Shown here in pieces: positions 11,867-25,807 of a DNA stretch of 64,000 nucleotides. The notes below the pieces were generated by a model that worked only from the letters and a program-made list of their open reading frames with translations, did not search any database and was not told the DNA's origin. Within the stretch, counting starts at the first letter, position 1. Every line of letters starts with the position of its first letter. Source of the stretch: Octopus vulgaris (lineage: Eukaryota); assembly GCA_951406725.2 (NCBI GenBank), contig OX597826.1, positions 4,650,001 through 4,714,000 on the forward strand, written 5' to 3'. A program made the translations under genes and the position numbers.

Positions 11867-12057
11867 AGAAGCTTTATTGAAGACCCTTCTCTCTTTGTAA
11901 GCTTTATAGATGGTCAATGATACGATAAGAATCTAAGGAGATTTTTCTCATTTAATAAGCGACGGTTCTTTCTTGAAAGCATGCGGATGAATTTTACGTT
12001 TATCAGTGGCAAAATCGTAAAACATACACATTCATATTCATATTGTTACACAGATGT

Positions 12058-12092
<35 letters not shown>

Positions 12093-12286
12093 TACACACA
12101 CACATACACACACACACACACTCACACACACACACACACATTCAAACTATTACATATGTACGTGTCTCTATTCATGCTTGCGTAACATTTGACGTTGTGT
12201 TAAGAGCCGACGAATCTTTAACTAATGCAGAGCTATGTCTGTTTCTATCTGTCTGTCTGTCTGTCTCCCCCTCTCTCTGTGTCTCC

Positions 12287-12350
<64 letters not shown>

Positions 12351-12357
12351 ATGTATT

Positions 12358-12392
<35 letters not shown>

Positions 12393-13278
12393 GTATATGT
12401 GTGTATATGTGTATATATATATATACGCGCGCGCACGAAGACACACACATAGCTCTGTGCGTATACGTGTCTGTGTGAGCCAATATAACGATAAATGAAG
12501 CAAAATTCCAAAGTCTGTACGAAAATCTACTGCAAATAGGTGGTTATTACGAAGATAGCGAGGTAAGTCAGTAGCTATGTAGGTAGGCTGTTAGGAAGAT
12601 AGATAGGTTGGTAGGATGTCGGGTTGGTCGGTTCCTTGATAATTAGCTTGTAGATAGAGGTAAAGGAAATAATGTAACACCAATTAGTTTATAGGGGAGT
12701 TTTTTTTTTTATTTATTTGTTGATTTTCTTTTTGTCTTTTCTTTTTCCTTCTTGCTACGATCACGGTACCAGCATCCATATTCGTTTTCGGAATAAAATG
12801 AATCTAAATCCTAGACGTCAACATAATCAACATCCTTCCAAGCAATTTCCTGCAAATGGATATAAAATTAGTAGAAACATTAATTTGCATGTAATTATGT
12901 TGGCCGACATTGGTGGATGATGAAAGGCAATTTTTAGGTATTCCTTAATTGGCAGACGATAGTCATGCGAGGTCGCTGAGCATTTTGAATGACAGTCAAA
13001 ACAAGATGGCTGCCATTCTGAGATGAAAGCTGTAATGGCTTGTATTTGAAACGAGAGAGAGAGAGAGAGAGAGAAAGAGAAGCAGAGGGAGAGAGAGATA
13101 AACATATATATAGAGAGAGACAGAGAGAGAGAGAGGGATATAGTGAAAGAGTGAAGGCGAAGGAAACGTAGGTAAGGAAATTAAAGGGAAGAAATGAAAG
13201 TAGGAAACTAAGTACTAAAAGCATATGCTTATATAGTAGTAGTAGTAGTAGTATTGTTATTATTATTATTATTATTAT

Positions 13279-13317
<39 letters not shown>

Positions 13318-13499
13318 AAAAAGAAGAAGAAAACGAAGTAGTAGTAATTGAAAGGGTATACTGAGTTGATACGGAAGGTTTAAGGGAAGAGAGAGAATAA
13401 TAGGAGGAAGGAAAGAAAAATGAAGTGGAAGTGAAGAAGAATTGGTAGGAGAAGAGAAAGGGGAAAAGGAAGACGATGGCTAATAATGTGAGTAACAAT

Positions 13500-13696
13500 C
13501 TTTTCTGCAATTTGAGTGGGGGTGGATGGTCGATCACATCGACTCCCCAGCACCTGAGTAGTTCTTAATTTATCGACCCGAAAGGATGAAAAGCAAACTC
13601 GACTTCGTCGGAATTTGAACCCGGATCGTAAAGACAGACAACATACTTCTAAGCATTTTGCGCGGCGTGCTAACGATTCTGCCATCTCGCCACCTT
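13500..13696 (-). mobile_element. SINE family B
   Basis: tatcgacccgaaaggatgaa...gaatttgaac...taacgattctgccatctcgccacctt. Confidence 0.88.
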
Positions 13697-13708
13697 GATA
13701 ATGATAAT

Positions 13709-13932
13709 AATTCTTTTCTTCTATAAGCATAAGGCCTGAAATGTTGGGAGAGGGGAGGGGAGGGGACGAGTCGATTACATGGACCCCGGTGATTCATTGG
13801 TGCTTTAGTTATCGACCCCGAAAGAATGAAAGGCAAAGTCGACCTCGAGGCAAATTGAACTCGGAACGTAAAGAAGGAAGAGACGCCGCTAAGCACTTTG
13901 CCAGGCGCGCTAACGATTCTGCCAGATCGCCT
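13709..13932 (-). mobile_element. SINE family B, tandem with the previous copy
   Basis: gtcgattacatggacccc...atcgaccccgaaagaatgaaaggcaaagtcgacctc...gattctgccagatcgcc. Confidence 0.9.
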
Positions 13933-14124
13933 CTTCATTTAATAACACTAATAATAATAATGATAATAATGATAAGAAGAAGAAGATGAAGAAGAAGAAG
14001 AAATGATAATACGCAACCACCACAATACTTATAATAGCAAGAATACTTATTTATTCCTTCTTCTTTTCCCTTCTCTCAATTTTACTTTTTTCCAGTCTCC
14101 TGTATGATTTTCTTACGCTTTGAA

Positions 14125-14304
14125 TTCTTCTTCTTCTTCTTCTTCTTCTTCTTCTTCTTCTTCTTCTTCTTCTTCTTCTTCTTCTTCTTCTTCTTCTTCT
14201 TCTTCTTCTTCTTCTTCTTCTTCTTCTTCTTCTTCTTCTTCTTCTTCTTCTTCTTTTTCTTCTTCTTTTTCTTCTTCTTCTTCTTCTTCTTCTTCTTCTT
14301 CTTC
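14125..14304. repeat. (TTC)~60 trinucleotide tract
   Basis: Direct reading; two TTT interruptions. Confidence 0.97.
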
Positions 14305-15590
14305 TCTTCGGCCTCCTTCACAATACATAGTTCATTGGCACAATCTTGTCATTTTTCTTACCCACCTCATTTACTTTTCACGACAAGCAGCATCAAATAG
14401 AATGGTTTTTTTTTTTGGTTTTTTTTCTGTCTAGTCCATCTATCACCGGATGATGCGGAAATGTCTTGGGCGTTTCTCCGGAAACATAGTGTTCGCTCCT
14501 TGGAACATTTTTGACATCACAATTTTACCGTCATGTCCATGTAGCTGTCTGTACGATAGACCTCATTTTTTTTTATCGCCAAGGGCCCTTCTACTTTAAT
14601 GACATAATACAAAAGAAATATGCATAAGATATGTGTATATAATATATATGCATAATATATAGTGTATACATTCACGTGTGTGTGAGTAAGTTCTTGTGCG
14701 TATGTGCTTAAGTGACGAAACTATATAGGTTACTGGAGGTGAAATAGTATAATATATTGGAAAGTGAATCATATAGTTGCCGATCTTCGGACGATTGTGA
14801 AAAATGGATGGATAATTGAATTTGCTACATATTAACACTCAATAAGATTCTTGCATATGATGACGAAAACCAGTTGGATAACGAAATCTATTATTGGGAA
14901 ACGTTAACCCTTATATCTTTAGATGGTACACGTTTAATAGTATTTGTAATACAATTGTCGATTTACAGATAAAATTTATAGAGTAATCGTCTGTTTTCCC
15001 TAGCTTAAAAGTAAACGAAATAATTCTATGACAAAATACACGAATTTAAGCATAAATTCACATTCAATTTAACAGCTTTTTCCGCTGTGTATTAATTACA
15101 AAATTTTAAACACAAATTAAATGACGCTCATTATTGTTGTAAGCATTTGAACTACTCTCTATTACTTCCTTTCCAGGAAAGTTTCCATTTAACGACAATA
15201 CTGACTCTGCCACATGTAACTATATTACTCTAAAGAAATTGTCTTTCTATGATATATTTCTTATCGAAATCTCTAATACAATGAGTTAAACGAAGATAGA
15301 TATTAAAAAAAAATAGTTTGGGGTTATATTTCTTTGAGCAATGCTATTTTAACTCTTACTTTTATTGACATATCTATTTTAGAAAGCGAAAATATTATTT
15401 TCCATAAGGTTCTCAAAGCATACATTGTTATTAAACGGATGGCTGGTGGAAAGATATGATAATTAAAGATGAAGAATGCGCGTATATTTAGAAACTACTT
15501 CTTTGTGGATGTATTTCTTACGTATCTGATTGTGAATCTATGCAAAAATATATAGGCACATGCATCTATATTTATGCACATACACTCTTA

Positions 15591-15627
<37 letters not shown>

Positions 15628-15640
15628 CATACATAATGCG

Positions 15641-15741
<101 letters not shown>

Positions 15742-16618
15742 TATGTATATATTTGGAATGTGCTTACATGCACAAATACATATAGGTATATACACAAGCA
15801 CACATACACACATGCACACAGATTGGGAGGAAGAGCCGAAAGAGAGACATTCTCATCAAACTTGGATTCGTCCTTGAGAAAGTGGGTTAGGAAATTTTAA
15901 AAACTTCTTTGAAATTGTTTTTAAAAAGCGAAAACTAATGAAAAAAATAAACCACAAATAAAAACAGCAACAAAATACAATTAACATTTAAAAAAGAAAA
16001 ACTGGTATTGAGAATAACATCAAATACGTGCCGCAGAAATCTGATGACATATTGCAAGGAAGAATTTGTTCAAAACCAGTCTTGTTTGAACGCTGTAAAA
16101 TTTGCGTAAAATAAGGGCTCTTGAAAAATCTCAAAGACCAACTACTCGAAATTCACTACCAAGAATAAGAACAAAACAACAATGCAAAAAGCAAAACAGA
16201 CGCAATTAAAAATAAAGAATTAATGAATGAATAAAAAAAGAATAAAACTAACAAGAAAATTAAAGTCAAGAAAAAAGTTTAAAAACTGGTGAATTAGTTT
16301 TATTTTTTTCTCATTTTACCAAACTTTACACAAATCAAGAACTGTCCTCTTTTTCTGAGATGTCTTCTGTAATGAGTCTGCAACCATCTCCGGTGTTCCA
16401 AGAATAACATCCATCGAAGCGCCATGACACTCAATGCATTTTTAAAATCATTCTCTCAAAATGGTTTGATTTCTCATCTCGTTCATAATTGTAGAATTCG
16501 TGGCGCTTTCTTTCCTTCTTTACTATCTTTTTTTTAGTTTCTACCATAACAGTTGCTTCTTTCTTTCTCTCCTTCCGCTGTGTTCACCTTACAATTTTTT
16601 GGTCTCGTTATATATTTG

Positions 16619-16778
16619 GAAACGCAGAGCAAAATGCTTAGCGGTATTTTGTCCGTCTTTACGTTCTGGGTTCAAATTCCAACGAGGTGCCATTTACTTT
16701 TCATTCTTTCGAGATCAACTGGATTGGTTTAACCCCTTTCCTTTCGTGTACCTGCTGGCCTTCTACCAAAATTTGAAA

Positions 16779-16780
<2 letters not shown>
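16619..16780 (+). mobile_element. SINE family B, degraded and 5'-truncated
   Basis: caaaatgcttagcggtatttt...tacgttctgggttcaaattcc...ccaaaatttgaaacc. Confidence 0.75.
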
Positions 16781-16830
<50 letters not shown>

Positions 16831-16849
16831 TATATATACATATATATAC

Positions 16850-16890
<41 letters not shown>

Positions 16891-17131
16891 CATCATTATT
16901 CTACAATTTCTACCTAGCTACCTAACGAAACATTTTGCTATCGGAATCACTTTCTATTGGGTTTATGTATGTGTGTTTCACACACACATACACACACACG
17001 CACACACACAAGCATATGGTGATCTCGGTAGCTTCCATTTCTCCAAAGTTGTCAAAGAAAAATATCTTTTCTGTTTACTCAGTTAGAAGAATGGTTGAGT
17101 GAGGGAGAAAATGAGTGTGACTGAGGGAAGA

Positions 17132-17168
<37 letters not shown>

Positions 17169-18122
17169 GGAGGGATGGAGAGAGAAAGAAAGAGAAAGAA
17201 GATAGAGTAAGCGAGAGAGATTGGAGAGAGCGTGGCCATGATAAAGCAGGATTTATGAGAATGAATGAGGGAGAGTACCCATTGAATATATCTAGCTTTT
17301 TTCCCTATCTTCATACAAAAATTAAATATTACAGATTTGCCCTACGATATTTACGTAAATTCTGCCACACACGACCCCTTTCTCCCTTGCTCTCTTTTCT
17401 CTCTTTCCAACTCAAACGCAACTCCGTCTCCCAACCAAAGGAAACTCGATATCAAACAAAATGCTGAATCTAACCTAATCGCAACAATAAAACTCTGCGA
17501 CCTTCCTGAAATCCCGTCACTCATCTCTATACATCCTTATTCACTCTTTTCCTTTATATCTCTCTTCTCACCCCCTCTCTTTCTCTCTCTTTCCCTCGAT
17601 TTCTTCAGCTTTCTTCTCCCCCTCCCCACTCCCTATTTTCTGTCTCCTTCATCAAAATCTCTCCACATCAAATCGAATGCATTTTGCATTCATACTCATT
17701 CAACATTACAAATATTAAAAAGGGGAAAAAAATAACAACGGCACTAACAAAACAATTCTGGTATTATCTCTTTTGGAACCAACATCCACTTCAGGTGTTC
17801 ACGGCCAACAGGCAACTCTAAACAAATCAAGAGATACATTAATTATTACAGCGATTCCACTCGAACTCCTAACCTTACGTTTCAGTTAGGAACCCTTTTA
17901 AGATCTCAAAAACTATTTTTGCAGGAATTCTGTCTCTTTGCTTTTTCTAGTGATTCAGCAGTTACGCGCATTTTCACTTGCATTACCCTGCACACAAGTA
18001 AAAATAAAGCAGGATGCGTATGACACGAAATATTGAAAAAAAAATTATGCCCATTCATTTAGCCTGATGTTCACACATACATACAGATATATATATATAC
18101 ATATACATATATACATATACAT

Positions 18123-18189
<67 letters not shown>

Positions 18190-18192
<3 letters not shown>

Positions 18193-18292
18193 GAAACACT
18201 CCTGTCACAAACTGGGACCTTGAAGACTGCTTTAATGCAAGAAAGTATACTAGTCCCTTAATATTTTATATTCAATACTTCATTTCATTTTA
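18190..18292 (+). mobile_element. Short (TA)n-embedded element carrying a hammerhead motif
   Basis: About 100 bp of unique sequence between TA-rich tracts, containing the fold at 18214-18257. Confidence 0.6.
18214..18257 (+). ncRNA. Minimal type-I hammerhead ribozyme-like motif
   Basis: Stem I GGGAC/GTCCC; core C(T)TGAAGA; stem II TGC-tttaat-GCA; GAAA; palindromic stem III AGTATACT; CUA triplet. Confidence 0.75.
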
Positions 18293-18419
18293 CTATATAT
18301 ACTATATATATTATTTATACTATATATTCTATATTCTACATTAATATTATAAAGAATATAAATAAGACATAAAAAACAGACAGAGTTGGAATTTCTTTGA
18401 ATAATATATATATATATAT

Positions 18420-18488
18420 GGAAACACAGAGCAAAATGCTTAGCGGTATTCCCTCCGACTTTACGTTCTGGGTTCAAATTCTAACGAG
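18420..18488 (+). mobile_element. SINE family B fragment
   Basis: ggaaacacagagcaaaatgcttagcggtatt...ttacgttctgggttcaaattctaacgag. Confidence 0.75.
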
Positions 18489-18543
<55 letters not shown>

Positions 18544-18849
18544 ATACATACATACATACACATATATACACACTCACAGACACACAGTGTAGTTACAAAA
18601 TTTCAGACATGAATACATGCGCATACACATCGCATGAGAATGTTTTTAGACGCAAAGGGGTGCAGCTATCTATTCACACATACAAGCAATGCATTTAAAA
18701 GTATGCATACATATATACTTATGTGCATTCGTCCACGCATACAGAGCTATACACCAGCGATCACATGCATACACGCACTAATACAGACGCAGCTATAATC
18801 ATGGATATACAAGTGTTCGAAAACACATGGAAGGATATACACACGCATT

Positions 18850-18880
<31 letters not shown>

Positions 18881-18881
18881 A

Positions 18882-18920
<39 letters not shown>

Positions 18921-19608
18921 GAGTATATAATTCTTCTATGCACACACATCAGCACAGAAACACGCAAGCGGAGCCTGTAAAACATGCAAAACAGCATTTG
19001 TCTCTGATAATTGTTGACATCTTACTCTATAATCAGACAACAAATTGACGTCAGCAACAATAACAGCAGCAGCAGCAGCAGTAGCAACAGCAGCAGCAGT
19101 TACATTAATATAACAATGACAACATTATTTAATAACAGCAGCAACAACAACAACAACAACATCAACAACAAGGACTTTAATATAATTGACAACAACATCA
19201 ATGAGATAAGAATGACAAAAGCTGGAGAAGAGAGAAAACAAAACAACAGCAACTGACTTTAGAAAAATTGTATAATTCAGTAATCACCACCACTACTACT
19301 ACTACTGCTACTGCTACTACTACTACTACTACCACCATTAATACTACTTTGTAATTTCGTTTTTCGTCCCGGTGTATTTGTTTTTGCATCAACTACCATT
19401 TGAAGCTTTGTTAGGTTTTAGATGCATTTAGTCTTTCAAATCCGCCATCTTGTTTATCTCACTTCGTATCTCCTCTCTCTCACGCATACACACATATATA
19501 TATGTATGCATGCATGTATGTATGTATGTATGTATGTATGTATGTATGTATGTATCTATGTATGTATGTATGTATGTATGTATGTATATGTGTATGTATG
19601 TATATATA

Positions 19609-19650
<42 letters not shown>

Positions 19651-20452
19651 ACTTTCTGTCTATTCGTTATTGTCTCAGTCTGTCTTCCCTGTCTCTCTCT
19701 CTGTCTCTCTCTCTCTCTTCCGCTCATTTTCTACTTCCGTGTCGTTCTCTCTTGCTTCCATTTCACTACAGTCGACTCAACTCCGTTGCAACACAATGAA
19801 TAAATGGATAAACAAACAAACAAACAGACAAACACACACGTCAATAAATCAATCAATAAACAAATATATAAATACTGTTTCCAAAGAGATTGTCTGAAAT
19901 GAAGAAGAATAAAAAAAAAAGCAACAACTACACACAAACCAATAGAAGAAGGATAAAAACCAAAAAAAAAAAGAAAAAGAAGTAATTAACATAAATAAAA
20001 TGGTAACTAGAAATACACAAATAACAAAAAAAGAAAGAAAGAAAATTTAACAAATACAAGGAAAGAAAATTTAGAAAAGCATGTGGAAATGTCTAAAACA
20101 AATGACTAAAACAAAAGAAAATGAAGAAAAAATAACAGTAAAACATAAAATATACAAAAATTTACGAAAGTATATAAAAAAAATTAAAAAGAATTGTAAA
20201 GAAATAATAGAAAGAAAGAAGGAAAGAGAAAGAAAACATAAATAGATAAATAAAAATGTAGACAAACAAATAAATAAAAATGGTATGAAAATCAAAGATT
20301 GAATTTAGAGAGGAAAATATAATTGGAATTGTTTCTTATTTAGCATGGAAATGTAACGTTAAGTATTCCATTAGTTGCTAAGACTTAGGCAATACACGTT
20401 GAAGCAGAGAGAAGCCATACACACAAACAGATACACGCAAACACTAACATAT

Positions 20453-20521
<69 letters not shown>

Positions 20522-20649
20522 CATATGTATATGTGTGTGTATGTAGGTATATATATGTATATATATATATATATATTACTCATATACACGCAAACAAACA
20601 CACACACTCAGACACACACACACACACACATATATATACATATATATTT

Positions 20650-20779
20650 AAACTTGTGTATATTCCTTGCGTTTATTGTGCATATTGTGTGTGCATGTTT
20701 GTCGTGTGTTTGGGTGTGTGCGACCTGAAGACTAGCAAGGCGAGAAATTCAAAGTCGTAATGACCGGGAGACGGTACTC

Positions 20780-20783
<4 letters not shown>
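20650..20783 (+). mobile_element. Short (TA)n-embedded element with a degenerate hammerhead-like core
   Basis: Unique insert between TA tracts; tgcgac-CTGAAGA-ctagc-aag-gcga-GAAA-ttcaaa-gtcgta at 20719-20759. Confidence 0.5.
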
Positions 20784-20814
<31 letters not shown>

Positions 20815-20889
20815 CACACATGCACACACATATATATATATGTGTATATATTTGTACGTATGTATTCATACATACATAGACATCAACAC

Positions 20890-20929
<40 letters not shown>

Positions 20930-21190
20930 GTATATTATATTTGCATGCATGTATATATTCTTAAATAGATATCACATGCATATATATATATGTGTGTGTG
21001 TGTGTGTGCGTGTGCATGTACATATGCACATGTCTGCGTATGTATATATGTACATGTGTGAATATAAACATATATGAACACGTTGGTTTGTGAGGGTATG
21101 TGCATGTATCTTCGCCACTTACCGTTTCATGTGTTATATAATCAAACTGTATTTGCCTTTTGTTTTGAAATTAACAAAACTCTGTGAGTG

Positions 21191-21260
<70 letters not shown>

Positions 21261-21627
21261 AGGAGAAAGATTATATGGTGTGAGAACCGACGGGAAATGG
21301 ATAGCGAAGAGACGAATAAATGAAAGGAAAAATGGTAAAAACTACAGGGCGAATAAATAAATGTTTCCTTTTTTTTTTGTTTGTTTTAATTTTATTTATT
21401 TATTTATTTTTGTATTGAAATTGAAAGTAAAAATACGGAGGGCATAAAACTGAAAGGAATCTGAGAGAGTTTGACTGAAACGGCGGAGGTAAATGGGTGA
21501 ATACAAGGTATTAGAATGACATACATATATATATACATACATCCTTACATACACAAATACAAATACACATGCACACATACATGCATGCACGCATGCATGC
21601 ATACATGTATGCATATATATATATATA

Positions 21628-21651
21628 TATTTCTTTACTACCCACAAGGGG

Positions 21652-21654
<3 letters not shown>
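21628..21654 (-). mobile_element. Extreme 3' end of SINE family B (or of its partner LINE) inside (TA)n
   Basis: tatttctttactacccacaaggggcta is the reverse complement of about 54178-54204 with one mismatch. Confidence 0.8.
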
Positions 21655-21832
<178 letters not shown>

Positions 21833-22284
21833 TTCTAAAACGAACGGTGGATACAGGGGGAGATAGAAAAGAATGAATCTAATAACAATAGAAACACATA
21901 GGAAAACAGTTACATAGGAAGTAAAAAAGAAAGAAAGGAAGAAAGGAATGAAGGAAAACATAAAGAAAGAAGAAAAGAATGAGGGAATGAAAAAACAGAA
22001 TGAACGTTTAATCGGAAAACACAAAAAAAAAACAAAACACACAAACTGGAGAAAGAATTCCAAATAAATAGATAAAATACAAAAAAATACGAATCACAAA
22101 AATTGGACTGAATGGAATCGGTAAATAAGAAGTGATTTCTTTTTTTTTTAACTGCTTTATACATCGAAATGTGTTTCCAAGAGATTGGTGCTTCGGTTTG
22201 GTGATGATTGCTACAAGCCATTTTCCCAGTCTCTTATACAGAAAATATTGTAATTTGGTGAGATAATGCCGAAGCCTTTATGCG

Positions 22285-22770
22285 GTCCGTTGTCCGGATA
22301 GAAAAGAAAAAACAGCCAAGTCTTCCTCAAATGAAAGCATTCCGTTTTATGAAAGAAAAAAGACTCACATGAGAATATGATCGAGAATTCACGCTCCCTG
22401 CAAAAGAATACGAAAATAAAAATAAATTTTACTTATAAATCGAAATGGTCGCAACTTGAACGCTTGTCTGCAAATGTCTGCTGACTTAAATCTAAACATC
22501 AACAACTACTACTCTAACTACAACAATCTTCTACTACTACTACTACTACTACTACTACCACGGGCTATCTTGATCCCGATCAAATTGAAGGGTCCAGGAT
22601 GTTTTAATCAGTAAGAGGAGTGGATGGCAATGTGTACGGGACCCAGCAGACATATACGTGTGTTTAATGTGTTCTTTTCTTAGGGAGCGGAGAGCGATTT
22701 GTAGGAGATATAGCTATAGCTTCTATTTCTAACATGTATCTAGACCACATAGAACTTTTCTCTTTGACTC
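22285..22770. mobile_element. Two degraded family I copies in inverted orientation around a (CTA)n tract
   Basis: Plus copy acagccaagtcttcctcaaat (about 22310); minus copy ggagatatagc...ttctatttctaacatg...gaccacataga (about 22705-22755). Confidence 0.4.
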
Positions 22771-22834
22771 GTTGTAATTTAAATTGTGATGGCATGTGTG
22801 ATGATGAGACATGTGATCATAATGCTATGGGAAC

Positions 22835-22981
22835 AGGCGCGACTATGTGATGAAGAGATTGCTTCCCAAACACATCGTTCCGGGTTGAGTCCCACTTACC
22901 TTCGGTTAGTGTCTTCTACTATTGCCTCAGGCCGACCAAAGCCTAGTGAGTGGATTTGGTAGATGGAAAATGAAAGAAGCC

Positions 22982-23064
<83 letters not shown>

Positions 23065-23089
23065 CAGCTTGTTGCTTATTTTGATGATA

Positions 23090-23144
<55 letters not shown>

Positions 23145-23372
23145 GTGTGTGCCTTTGTGTCAATGTTTGTCTACTACCACTGCTTGTAAACTGGTGTTGG
23201 TGTGTTTACGACCCTGTAAGCTAGCGATTCGGCAAAAGAAACCGATATAATAATTACCGGGCTTAAAATAGAATTATAAACCGGGCCCCATTCGAATAAA
23301 AATTCTTCATGGCGGTGCCCCAACATGGCCGCAGTCTTATATTTGAAACAAGTAAAATACATAAAAATAAAA
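22835..23372 (+). mobile_element. SINE family A, degraded, with expanded internal (TC)n(TA)n
   Basis: ttccgggttgagtcccact...gccgaccaaagcctagtgagtggatttggtagatggaaa...ttcggcaaaagaaaccgata...ggcggtgccccaacatggccgcagtc. Confidence 0.85.
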
Positions 23373-25490
23373 GGCATATAGTTCCAACTGATACTGCCCA
23401 CCTATTAAAAACCATTCAACAGTTCACCTTATTGCCATTTTCCTAGTCCTCAAATTACCCAGGACTAAATAATCCAACCTGATATTTTCGAAAGCAGTTG
23501 GATGTGATCTGATAGAGATTAGACTACTATTTCTCGGAAATGCAGTATCCTCTCAGATATCCTCTCGTTGTCCCGCAAATGTGTTGTATATTTGCAGATG
23601 ATGCCCCTAATTTTATAGTATAAGTGTATTCATATCAACGATGCTATATGATTTTTTTTTCTATCGAAGCTGGAATGATTAAAGACAAAGTTGACCGCGA
23701 CGAGATTTGAACTAAAGAGTTAAAAGGCCATAACTAAATTATACTGTTTCTGGTGTCTTGTATTCATTAGCCGGTTTCTGTGCACAGTTTGTACGTGTCA
23801 AACAACTCATACGTTTGATGGTTGTGTCTGGGTGTGTGAGTGAGAGAGAGAGAGAGAGAAGCGGAGAGGCTGGATAGAACTGACACAAACATCAGAGTAA
23901 CAAGCAAATACAACTATAGAAGAAACACGATGATAATAATGTCTATGAAGTTAGTGGTTATAGTGTTGCTGACTGACGACGATGAATTTGATTAAATGCT
24001 TACAAAAAATAAATACTACCAGCGCAACATCAAAAGTGTAATTAATTGTTGAGTATATAATTAATTAATAAAATAAGTTTCGAAATATGTCATCAAATAA
24101 CAATTTAAAAATAAGATAAGGTTACTGGGAAAATGAAACAATATTTTAATTCGTCCATTTATTGAAATATCAAAAGGAAAAAAAATATTCTTTTTTTTTT
24201 CTTCATGGAAATATAATATAAAAATACTAAGTCACATGTTTCTTTCTTCTATTTGTTGTTTCCCTAGTTCTGTCACTGTATAAAAATGTGGAAGGGGAAA
24301 GCATTGGGTGTACCGAGAGCGGTGGAAGTGAATGTATGATAAAAATAATGTATGATAAATGAAAGTGGATCTGACAGTTATATACATAGCTTGCAGATTT
24401 ATTGTATGGAAGAGAGTGAGAGACATAACCAACCACCAGCAAGCAAGAAATAATAAACGTAGTAAGTTGACTAAAGAAAATATAATACAAGAAAGAGATG
24501 GCGCAAGTATTCAAGCAGAAGTATGAAGAATTAGTTGCAGTATCCGGCTTTTCTAGAGTTTATTAATATCTAAAAGACATAATATCATTTGAATTAACTA
24601 TATTTGGTATAAATTGCTTGAAAATGATGGTGATCATTTCCAGCTGCTACACGAATGTTTTTATTCACTAATAATTGTTCATTCTTTAAGAATTCCGAGT
24701 ATTGTTCATGTTGAGCTACATAAAAAAGTGTTCAAAATATGCAAATAGAGAAATTAAAGGTCATTTGGCCTAAAACCCACTTCTTTCAAGCATGTGCCCA
24801 CTATGCAATATTTCAGGCACAAAAATGTGGCCTACAACCTAGAACACACTTGCATGCATCGCTCATATACGTGAAGATCATTAAAACGAGACTGAAGTGA
24901 ATTCCATTCCTTTTGAGAGGTACTACATTAAGTTTCATATATTCCGTTACGTTTTGGAAGCTATCTAAGTATTATTGGCGTTATAAAGAATCTCTGTTGA
25001 CTATAGCCGACTAACCGCAACAACAATTACAACATGAATTTCTAAGAAGACAATAGAGTTGGTGAGGAGGGGTAGTTGGTCATTTGAATTTGGAGCAGTA
25101 CTTGATGCACACTTATTTCACCCTTTCTAAAAGATATATTTAGACTCAGTGGACGCCGGCAGAATTGAGATTTAGCGATTGGTTCACTATCCTCTTCGTT
25201 CAGCTAAAGAAGCAGAGGGCAGAATCCTTCTCCGCCTGCTGCAGCTTTTGTGACTTAATTGGAACGGCGGACAGTAGGTAATGTACATCTGCAGAAATGT
25301 AAATATAATTGAACTGAGAACTTAAATAGCCAAATGATTTTAGTGCAAAGCATCATATCTGTCTTAATATTTCTGTGATTCAGCAAATCCAACACCCAAG
25401 ATACCTGTTCTGTGTAAGAAGTCGGTTAGATTTAGCTTCACGTTTAAGGATTTAGCTATGGTAGGGTTTATATCCATGGTGTCTAATGAG

Positions 25491-25807
25491 TAAAGGCCCC
25501 CTTCGGTCATGAATAATCATAGGATTGCACCTAGAAGGTTCCCCTCCAAGGCACAAGTCTGGGCAAGGTCTTTTATGGTACTAGCACCATCCCCTCTCCA
25601 TGCTACCGATGTTATGCTAGGGAAAAGCAAAGGCCGATACAGCTTGGCACCAGTGACATCACAACTCGTTTCTATAACGGAGTGAACCGGAGCAACGTGA
25701 AATACAGTGTCTTGCTCAAGAACATCAACATGCTGCCTGGTCCGGGATCGAACTCAGTACCTCTTGATTGTGAGACTGGCACTCTAACCACTGAGTCATG
25801 CGCCTTC
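25491..25807 (-). mobile_element. CORE-type tRNA SINE (family G)
   Basis: Reverse complement gaaggcgcaTGACTCAGTGGttagag...GAGTTCGATCC...ttcttgagcaagacactgtatttcacgttgctcc; matches 29118-29330. Confidence 0.88.

Noticed and set aside
11359-11920. GC-rich plus-strand ORFs of 141 and 113 aa
   Set aside because: Antisense shadow of the minus-strand RTE fragment
16290-16430. Short minus-strand ORF MALRWMLFLEHRRWLQTHYRRHLRKRGQFLIC with nearby GT sites
   Set aside because: About 45 codons, no recognisable homology and no partner exons; needs RNA-seq
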